Shown here piece after piece: positions 39,001 through 47,999 of a stretch of DNA of 64,000 bases (position 1 is its first letter; each line of letters starts with the position of its first letter). The DNA lies in NCBI GenBank assembly GCA_016618085.1, contig JABLTG010000003.1, forward strand, positions 62,001 through 126,000, written 5' to 3'. Origin of the DNA: Neovahlkampfia damariscottae (taxonomy: Eukaryota). Made by a program: the position numbers and the translations under genes. The notes beneath the pieces are model-generated. The model ran no database searches. It had not been told where the DNA came from and saw nothing but the letters and a program-made list of their open reading frames with translations.

Positions 39001-39552
39001 ATGAACAAAACAATTCTCCTCTTAGTTATCCTCGCACTTTTTGTTTTCTCAGCCCAAGCTTTTGAAAAAGAAGACAGCTTCTATAACCAAGATTATGACA
39101 ATGAAGAAACACTTGACGAAGAACCTTTGAACAAAAGACAAGAAGAAGAAGAAAACGATGAAGAAAATATAAATTCAGTTGACGACCTTGAAGCAAGAAT
39201 AGAATCTGAAAATTGTTATGGTATAGCTTCTACAGACGCAAAAGTTTGTTCAGGAAACGGAAAATGTATCGGAAAAGATTGGTGCTCATGTAACAATGGA
39301 TTTTCTGGTTTAAAATGTGAAGAAGCTGTAAAATGTTATGGAAAATTATCTACTGATAAAACTGTATGTGGTGGAAAAGGAATTTGTCAAAGTACAGATA
39401 CATGTGTTTGTAATGAAGGTTATTCAGGTTTTCACTGTGAAACAGCTTCAAAACAAACTCAAACACAAACAAAAGATACAAAGAATTCTGCGTCTTCATA
39501 TAGTTACTCCATCTTGGTTTTAATCGGAACATTCTTATGCTTCGTTTTTTAA
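39001..39552 (+). CDS. Small secreted, probably GPI-anchored protein with two EGF-like repeats
   Basis: Signal peptide, acidic linker, two CYGxxSTDxxVCxGxGxC repeats, C-terminal small-residue site (NSAS) plus hydrophobic tail. Confidence 0.8.
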   Translation: MNKTILLLVILALFVFSAQAFEKEDSFYNQDYDNEETLDEEPLNKRQEEEENDEENINSVDDLEARIESENCYGIASTDAKVCSGNGKCIGKDWCSCNNGFSGLKCEEAVKCYGKLSTDKTVCGGKGICQSTDTCVCNEGYSGFHCETASKQTQTQTKDTKNSASSYSYSILVLIGTFLCFVF

Positions 39553-39565
39553 AAAATAAAATTTT

Positions 39566-40667
39566 TTAATCTAACACAAAAATGAATGGGATCAAAAAAT
39601 AGCTATATATAGTGACTAAAACAATTCCTATGATTCACATAAAGAATCCTAATATTGCCATGTCCAAAACTGTTACCCTGTTAGAACAATAATTTTAGTT
39701 AGAAATGGAATATGTTTTGCTTGCGATGATAATCATATTTGGACCTGTACTGACAGGCAATAAAAAAGCAAAAGAGCAAGCGACTGTTGCCGGAATCATA
39801 AATAAACAGGATCTATCTTGACCGCGTTACTAATTGTGGATAGAATAGGAAAGAATATCTGGGAAGTTGCTGTGCTTGTTATAACCGAAGTTATCAAAAC
39901 AACAGTTGAGCAAACTATTGAAAATTATCAAAATTGAAGGTAAAAACTCTAAAGATACAAGTTGTTTTGAGATGATTTCGAAAGACCTGAAATTTCAAAA
40001 GCATCTGCAAGAGCGAATCCTCCTCCTAAAAATAAAATCACATCCCATGGAAATCTCTTCATTTCACTCCAATCCATAATTGATTCTGCTTTTTCATCTT
40101 CTTCTCCATTGTCTTTTAATGGATAGTTTCTAATTGGAAAAATGAATAAAGTGAATGATACCAAAATTGCGGAAGTTCCATCTGTCGGAAATTTTGATTT
40201 GAAAAATGAAGACCATTCAGGTATGTTACCAATTCCTGGTCTTGTTGTCCACAATATTATCAAAATTGTGAATAGAATTGAAATACAATATTCTTCATAT
40301 TTCATTGAGCCAAGTTTTTGTAAGTCTTCTTACAAAGGATCTAAATTGATTAATCTGTCAATATTTGCTCTTCTTGAATTGAAATTTGATCTATGTTGTA
40401 CTGTTTAATGTTGGAATATGTTCTTTGAACATAAAATAGATAAATAACCAAAAATAAAATAGTTTGAAAATATGACACATTCCGAATCCATAAATTAGCC
40501 TATGAAAGAATGAGTACAATTTTTGGAATAATACCATTGAAAAAATGTTGGAACCGGTAAATTAGGATAAAATCTTCGATATTGTTGAAAAAAAACTAAA
40601 TTTGGAGGTGAACCAACCTTTGAATACTTTTAAAAACAAAAACAAATTTTACGATTGTAGATATTCG
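39566..40667 (-). pseudogene. SLC13/DASS Na+:carboxylate/sulfate symporter, 3' part (frameshifts and stops)
   Basis: ISTI|VGSPPNLVFF, FPWDVILFLGGGFALADAFEISGL, PATVACSFAFLLPVSTGPNMII; broken by frameshifts and in-frame stops. Confidence 0.8.
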
Positions 40668-41385
40668 AAAAAAAATCCCCCACCATTTTTTTCTCACCTC
40701 CAATCCCACAAATCGAGCTTTTAAACTAGGTTTCATTTCTCCAAATTTCGTAAATCCAGTTTTTCACGATTTGAATCACTTTTTCAAGAAAAAACAGATT
40801 TTAAATCCTGAAAATAAAAAAATGCAATAAAATTAAAACCCTGTTTTAATTCTATTTTTTCAATAAAAAAGTCAAAATTAAAATTAGAAATGAAACCTAC
40901 TTTTTATTCTTCTGGTGCTGAAATGAAAACTCGCCGGAAGTGAAAGGTGGTTTAAAAATCCCAAGAATTGGTGAATGGAGGCTCTGGGTGAATTTGAGGT
41001 GAAATGTGATAAAAATGGAGGAGAAATTGAAAAAGAATACTCGGATTTAATAAAAAAAGTGAAAAAAAAATGAGTCGAAGATAAAAAAGTTGAAGCAATA
41101 CAGTTGAATAGTATTGAATATTTTAGGAAAGTCAATTGTTCTGATTTGGTGAATTATTTGGAAGAAAGACTGAAGGTTTTATTTTTGTTGAGTATTTACA
41201 AAAGTTTGTTCAATAACAACAACATCCTTGACTGTACGTTTAGTGCGACATGCTTCAAGGTTCTTTTCAGAACTAGATATCCTGAGTGGAAAGAGTTTTC
41301 TTCTTGATTAGTCCTAACTTTTCTTTTTCTTCAAGTTCCATGTAATTATTGAATCTTTCTAGATCTTCACCTTCTAAAATAGATT

Positions 41386-41888
41386 TCAAGGAATTTGTAT
41401 AGCAACAAGCTTTTGTGTTATTTTTATGAAAAAAAAAGCTATTTCATAAGTTAAAATTTGTTTCTGAATTTCTTTTTCTTTTGCTTGTTTCAAATGGTTT
41501 TTTTTTAAACCTAATTTTTTAAGAAACGCCTTTCTAAAACTATCAAACTCGGTTTCTTTTTTGTCAAGTATAAAAGCAATACAAATTATTGAGCATTCAC
41601 CAAACATCTTTTTTTCTTCAAGGCGCAAGACTTGATTTATGTCGCTGATATGGCCCACTAATAATTTACCATCTTTCTTACAAGTTCCGCACTCCAATTT
41701 ATCATTTTTTCGATATGAATTCACACCATCCAAATTCTTCATGATCAACATCGTTCAGTATTTCTGCAATCAATTCTTTTGCGTAATCCTCGTCACAAAT
41801 ATTTTCTACCAACCTCAAAAGATGTTTTAATTCTTCTTCGTTTAAATATTCCCAATTTTTGTTCCTGAGATTTGTTCTTCGAAGACAT
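41386..41888 (-). pseudogene. Frameshifted hypothetical gene with a CxxC..GH motif
   Basis: MSSKNKSQEQ / WEYLNEEELKHLLRLVENICDEDYAKELIAEILNDVDHEEFGWCEFISK / NDKLECGTCKKDGKLLVGHISD needs two frameshifts at A-runs; CCAAT 10 nt upstream of the ATG. Confidence 0.45.
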
Positions 41889-42187
41889 TGTGGCTTTTGA
41901 TTGGTTGATTAGAGCAGTTTGATTTGTTAGTTTGATGGGTTGCAGAAAAAAAAATGACAATGATAAAAGTGGGAAGTTTGGCGAAAACTTATTAACATGT
42001 GGACACAAAGACTGAACTATTCATTGACTTATCGAATAAAATTTGAATTGACACGTATTTGTTTTGGTTAAATTTGATCACAAAATTTTTTATTTGATTT
42101 TTTAACTGGGACAGTTTAATCAATTTTCAATTAAATAAATTGACCAGTAAAGATATAGTTGAAAAACGATTAAAACTTTTTCTAGCA

Positions 42188-42385
42188 ATGCAAAACAACA
42201 CCAACAACATTTTCGATGAAATTCAAAACTTAGTGAATAGCTTCCGCTCAGCAACCAGCACTTCAGATGCAGTAATAGATGTTCAGTGTCTCTTTCTTTG
42301 TCTCGAACAAAATAATATTTCCCTGGAAACCGTCGCAAAAAAATACTGTATCACCAATGAAGATGGAATTTATGCTTTACAATAA
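42188..42385 (+). CDS. Small hypothetical ORF (65 aa) convergent with and overlapping the protease-like gene
   Basis: ATG 42188 to TAA 42385; its 3' end overlaps the minus-strand stop at 42377-42379. Confidence 0.35.
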   Translation: MQNNTNNIFDEIQNLVNSFRSATSTSDAVIDVQCLFLCLEQNNISLETVAKKYCITNEDGIYALQ

Positions 42386-43169
42386 ATAAGCCACACTACC
42401 GCCGCCATTCCTTGATGAATGAAAAGAAATACCTGGTATTTTTTTGAGTATATGAACGTGCTGCAAAGCCGTGCCATACAACACATGGTCAAAGAAACTT
42501 GCTATGTCTGTTGATCCATTCATAAATTTCTGAATGATTCCAGGCATAGCTGATACGAGTGCTTTCGTGTCTTGCATTACAAATTCTTTGATGGCGTTGT
42601 TCGCTTGAGTTAAACATATTGTAGATAAAGTGCTGGCAGTTTGTAGAATCACCGCGGTATAAAAACAATTTTTCTGGACCGATGTCTTCCAGGCATCTTT
42701 GGTGCATAACATTTAGGTCAAGTCGGCCAAGTTGAATATTTTTCAAACTTGATTGAAAATGGGTGGGATTGATGTAAATACTCCTGCAGCTTTTCATAAT
42801 ATTTTTATCCACCATTCCAATATTCAACACCTGATTTTTCTCAAACAGAACGTATTGATTTGTTGCCAGTCTAGCAATTCCAAACAAGTGAAACATTTGG
42901 TCGTAATTCAATTCATCTTTTTTTCTCTGCCAATTATCGAAAGAGATGACGTTCAATAATTTGTCAAAAGCTTGCTGGATTGGTTTCTTGCAAATCCAAA
43001 AATCTGTTATCACCAGTGCGCCATAAGTTTGTAGGAATTCTCTGTAGCTTGGTGGATAATTTAGCCTAATTGGTGATTTAATGAGGTCTTTAATTCTTTG
43101 GAATAAATCGAAATTTCCTCCATAAATATTGATAACGTCGTCTTCGAGGTAATAATCAAACTGGTCCAT
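42377..43169 (-). pseudogene. Frameshifted permuted papain-like (NlpC/P60-PPPDE/LRAT-type) cysteine protease, virus-like
   Basis: YDQMFHLF...FEKNQVLN...FLYRGDSTNCQHFI gives His-Glu-Cys order. One frameshift near 42605-42615 continues into NNAIKEFVMQDTKAL...STDIASFFDHVLYG (ORF 42377-42712). Intronless; 50/120 G+C counted by hand at 42541-42660. Confidence 0.6.
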
Positions 43170-43220
43170 CTATATATTACCCAATTTTTTCCAAAAAAAA
43201 ATTGGATTGAACTTTACTGG

Positions 43221-43739
43221 TGTATTTGAGGCCCACATACTTAAAAAAGATGCGACAAACATGAAACCAGCAATAATCAATCCAAGATTTTTTCCTGCTT
43301 TCAGCATAACATTTAACGCAATTCTCTTGTGGAGATTCCATCTTTCCATTGCTAACGACATGATAAAGCCACGAAGTATAATCACTGAAACATTTGAAGA
43401 ATATGTTCTTGCCACATCAACTCCTGCTTGTATTCCTAAAATTTATTTTTAGTTTTTTTAAAAAATTTCTTTACCAACAAGTGGAAACAAAAAAATTGGA
43501 ATTAGAGCCGTAATAGCAAGTGATAATGGTTGAAATGCCCATAATAAACCCATTATTATTGTAATACTCAAAACTATTGAACTGAGGAAATTCATTGTCA
43601 AATTTTATAAAAAAACTAATTGGGAACAAAATGAGTATAAAATTAATTTTCTGCCTGTCTTTTGAAAAAAAATGAATTTTATGGTGGAAAGAAGTGGTGC
43701 AAAAATTTCGGTCAAAGTATCTGCCCACTTTCTGTTCAT
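43221..43739 (-). pseudogene. SLC13/DASS symporter, 5' part
   Basis: LWAFQPLSLAITALIPIFLFPLVG|IQAG..., AMERWNLHKRIAL, GFMFVASFLSMWASNT; frameshift near the ATG at 43739; host-type intron at ~43437-43472. Confidence 0.85.
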
Positions 43740-44262
43740 TTTTTGAAAAAAAATAATTGGCTTAAATCAAAGAAGTAGAGTTTATAAAGCAAATACTTTC
43801 ATTTTATTTCTTTTCATTCTATTGTTAGTAACGGAGTTTTAACTATAAATATCGGACAACACCCGAATACTCTTTCTCTTTCATCTGAATTCAATCTTTT
43901 TCATGTATTTCATCAGAATATTTGATTCTTCAGTGATTGCATCTTTAACGAATTTGTGCCGAAACAAATTCCTTATGCAGAAAAGTCAACCGTTGATCGG
44001 TCTATTTTGAATCTCCGACAAAAAGTTTGAGGACGAACAAACAATTTGAAGAACTCAAAGATACCGATTTTTTATTCTCCAAAATATGATAACCCAAAAA
44101 TGGTCAAATGAATGTGATGAAGAAATACATGGACAACAGTTTCAGATCTGAAATGTACGAGTTTTTAGTTCAAATGGATGACGAAGAAAATGGACCACAA
44201 GCAGCCATTATTTCACCTTATTCAAGTAAATCAATATTGAACAGCTACTAAAATATTTCTCA

Positions 44263-44485
44263 TTCAAAGAATCAAAGAATATCATTGTTACGTCGCCCTG
44301 TTGGAATTGAATGTGCAGGTGAATTATCAAAGAATTTACCAAATTCAAACATTGTTTTGATAACAAATGAAAATGGACTTTTAGGTAGAAGAACGAAGAA
44401 TATTCAACAAGCTGCATATGGGATATTATCATCTTACAAAAATTGCAACATATTGCTTAATAGATACATCACAAAAGTGGTTTGA
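44263..44485 (+). pseudogene. Fragment of an AIFM2/FSP1(AMID)-like FAD/NAD oxidoreductase
   Basis: FKESKNIIV / PVGIECAGELSKNLPNSNIVLI matches the NAD-binding strand-helix; the GGG motif is lost at a frameshift; both ends are missing. Confidence 0.55.
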
Positions 44486-45187
44486 AATCGGGTTTATCAT
44501 AAATACAAGAATATCAATCAATCAATTGATGAAAAAATCATTGAAACAGAAGCAGTCGTTGTTTGTGTTGGCTTCAAATCGAATACAACTTTATTCAAGA
44601 CTTTCATTCCGGGTTCAATCTATTCCCGAGGTTATGTCCATATTACTGAATATTTTCAAGTTAAATTCAATCAAAACAATTTAACAAGAAAACAATTAAA
44701 TGAAGAATTAAACCAAATATCTAAAGAAAATATAGATGAATGAATAAAAAAGTTAAACACTTTGAAGGAAGAAAATGAAAATACTAAAGAAGAAATTGAT
44801 GAGTTCATTGAAGATGACGTGAATATAAATTCACTATATTCAAAGGGTTTTTCTTCAAATAGATCATCAGGGAGATCAGGTGAATCAAATTCAGACAAAA
44901 ACTCACCAAAAACATCGCTCAGTAGAAGAGAATCCATGCTTCATCTTAACTTTTATTCCAACATTTTTGCAATTGGCGATATTATTATTCGTCTGAAGAG
45001 AAATTAACTTTCTATGCTCATATTCATGGTTAAACAGTTGCAAACAATACTGTGAATTTGGAAAGTCCTCATTCTGTTAATGATTTTATGCGACGAAGTA
45101 AACTGAACCAAAATTAGTGAAATTAGTTGAAGCATTGTAATGAAATTTTTTATTTGATTTTTAAATTGAACTCATAACTTCAATTGT

Positions 45188-45541
45188 GACGAATTTGTTA
45201 CTGTCGTAATAAAATATGGGAATCTCTTCCAAGGCATTCAATTCACGAGAGTTTTTCTCTTGCTGTCTTGTGGATTGAATGGTATCTCCAATAAAACCGG
45301 TTGTGAAGATCCATCATCATTATTATCAAGAGTTTCACGTGAATATACTTCTCCTGAATCTGTAATTGATTGCAACATATCAATTTCTTTTCTTGAAAGA
45401 TTCTCAGAGATTACTTCCTGAAGATCACCTAAAGATTCAGCAGTTTTTCGATCTACAGGGATAGGCTGGAACAAGCAAGCACCCAACCCTTGTTTAGATG
45501 AATTTGGGACTGTTGTAATAAAATATGGGAATCTCTTCCAA
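45188..45541. repeat. 45-bp direct repeat pair (45188-45232 and 45497-45541)
   Basis: ga(c/t)gaatttg(tt/gg)actgt(c/t)gtaataaaatatgggaatctcttccaa; 4 mismatches; 309-bp period. Confidence 0.9.
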
Positions 45542-45545
45542 ATTT
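45238..45545 (-). pseudogene. Possible Ty3/Gypsy-type pol (RNase H N-terminus) fragment
   Basis: PYFITTVPNSSKQGLGACLFQ resembles FxxxTDASxxGxGAxLxQ, but the catalytic Asp and the downstream motifs are absent. Confidence 0.3.
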
Positions 45546-45754
45546 CCATTTGACAATCAAACAAAAGGATTCTTAGCATTCCGATTGGTCAATTCTATTT
45601 TTGGAAATTCCGCAACTAACTTTCCTTGCAGTTGACCACATAAAAACTCTAAGATTTGTAACATCAATTTCTCAAATGATCCATTTTCGACCAATCAACA
45701 TCATTGGTACATCCTTTTAAAGCACTCCATCAATTTCAGAAAACATCAAAAAAA

Positions 45755-46558
45755 ATGGTTTCTATTCAATTTATATTTGTTTTATTCATCGTTTCAATGG
45801 TTTGTTCAAAGGAGTGGTATGTCTCCAAACTTGGTTCTGACAAAAATCCTAGATCAAAAAACGAACCATTTTACACGATTCAACATGCTCTCAGTAAATC
45901 TTCAAATGGGGACTCTATCCCCATTGAAGCAGGTGCATATAAAGAAGACTTGAAATTAACAAAATCAATCAAACTCTTCGGGATATCTGTGAGAGGAGTA
46001 AAACCTCATTTATATGGACACCTTGTAATTGGAAAGGTGAAAGAATTTTCATTATCAAATATACATATAGATTGTTCAAAAGGTGATGGTATCAAAGTAC
46101 AAGAAGTAGAGAATGTCTCATTGAAAAACATGTTTTATAGAAATTGACTTTATAAAAAATTTATATTTAATGAATACAATTACAAAAGGATTGGTTGAAG
46201 GAGATAATGAGTTAAAAATGTCCAATGTGGCAGTGAACGCAACTAAATATTGCTACAGCGAAAATGAATGTGGTTTTTCAATCTTCAAAACTAAAGAATT
46301 TCATTTATCAAATTGTTCAGTCTAGCTGTTTATTTTGATAGTCAAGTGACAACAAAAAATGTTGATTTGATCAAAAATTCTGGAAAGTATGGAGGTGGAG
46401 TTCATTTGCTAGGTGGAAATTTAAATATGTTGGAGACAAAATTCATTCGAACACTGCTTTGTATTATGGACCTGGATATTGTTATTTAAATTCTTTCTAT
46501 GCTTTAGATATCTCAGTAAAAGGCAATAAACCATCAAATTCAACATGCAGAGGACTCA
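45755..46558 (+). pseudogene. Secreted right-handed beta-helix (DUF1565/pectin-lyase-like) gene, truncated
   Basis: Signal peptide, WYVSKLGSDKNP.S...PFYTIQHAL...GD.I....GAYKE; premature TGA at 46145-46147, then frameshifted remnants including NSGKYGGGVHL. Confidence 0.65.
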
Positions 46559-46616
46559 GTGAAAGCAAATCATCAATATTTTGTTCTTTGAATTTTCGTG
46601 GATTTTAATTGGAGAA

Positions 46617-47337
46617 ATGAAGTTGTTAAATAAACTGAAGAAACCAACACTTGAAGAATTTAGAGAGAAATTTTTTAAAAAAGAGATTCCTTGTCTTATA
46701 ACGGATTCAATATCAACTTGGAAAGCTTTAAAAAGTTGGAAAAATGCTGAGTACCTGATTGAAAACACAACAAATAAAAAAATACCGATTGAAACAAGTT
46801 CATACACCAATTTTGAAACAAAACTAATTTCTTTTCAAAATTATATCCAAGATAAATCTTCTGGTTACCTTGCTCAAGTAGGAGGATAAAAAAATTTTTC
46901 TTATTTTTTTTTAGTATCCTTTGTTTGAAGATTTTGAAAATTTAAAAAATGATTTTGAAATACCAAAATACTGCAAAGCTGGTTTAGGCGATATATACAT
47001 GATAAATGCTTGGATTGGACCAAAAAATACAATTTCAAATTTACATTATGATCCAAATCCAAATTTGTTTTGTCAAATTAAAGGAAAAAAAAAAATTAGG
47101 ATTTATGATAAAAAAGATTCAAAATTTATGTATCCTCATAAACATTTTAGGTTGAAAAATACAAGTCAAGTTAATTTAGATGAAGAAGTGGATGCTGAAA
47201 AATTCCCAGGATTTGATTCTTTGGAATATTGGGAATTTGAAATCAATGAAGGTGAAATGTTATTTATTCCTTGTAAATTTTGGCATCATGTTAAGTCATT
47301 GGAGGAGAGTATTTCCATAAATTTTTGGTTTCGCTGA
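46617..47337 (+). CDS. JmjC-domain hydroxylase (KDM8/JMJD5-like cupin)
   Basis: GYLAQ|YPLF across intron 46878-46914; NAWIGPKNTISNLHYDP (HxD), GEMLFIPCKFWHHVKSL. Confidence 0.9.
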
Positions 47338-47999
47338 TTTTTTGAAGTCATCAGTAAAAATGAGCAAAAATAGAATTTAATTTATAAAATTCCAGAAATT
47401 ATAATATTTTGAAAGAAATGGGAATTCATTTCTGTCCAACTAAATTGACCAATAACAACAATGGACATTTAAATGTTTACGAATATTTTTTCATGACATT
47501 TTGGAAAAACAGAAGAAACTAAACAAAAAGAAAAACACTTCTAAAGAACGTAAAGAATAAATGTAAAGGAATAATTTGCTTCACAATCTCCAGTACATGA
47601 ACATAAAAACTGAAATTCTTTAGGCATTGGAACTTGTGTGTGATGAAAAAACTGTTATGAAGAATAAATTATATTTTCGTTATAAATTTTTGTTGTGCAA
47701 CGTTTTTTCAAAACATTTTTAAAACGCAAAAACTGTATTAAATATAATGGTATTATTTGGAGACGTAAAATTTTCGTCTACATGTAGGAAGTTTTGCCAA
47801 TATTTACTGGTAGAATGTTCGGTAACAAATATTCTTTCAAGCAAGTGATATCTTAATTTGAAGCATTATTTTTGGGTTTGAAGCAATTGAATACTTCATT
47901 TCAGTTGAAACTTTTATAATAGTTCATTTTGTAAAGAACTATTATTAAATCTTGCTTTATAGAATCAATCAAAATTGTTAAGACAATATTCAAAAGTTA

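Larger units (their letters stand above)
40668..43220. mobile_element. ~2.55-kb foreign insert replacing the middle of the SLC13 gene; probable endogenous viral (Polinton-like virus/virophage-type) remnant
   Basis: SLC13 homology stops after SMWASNT (43221) and resumes at ISTIVGSPPN (~40667). The intervening DNA has no recognisable introns, is GC-richer towards its right end, and carries unrelated ORFs. Boundaries are approximate. Confidence 0.55.

Noticed and set aside
42181..42184. TCTA before the small ORF as a Mavirus/CroV-type late promoter
   Set aside because: A single 4-mer in AT-rich DNA carries no weight.
40660..43230. Terminal inverted repeats or target-site duplication for the insert
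   Set aside because: The two ends do not match by eye and host sequence is deleted at the site, so it cannot be called an intact transposon.
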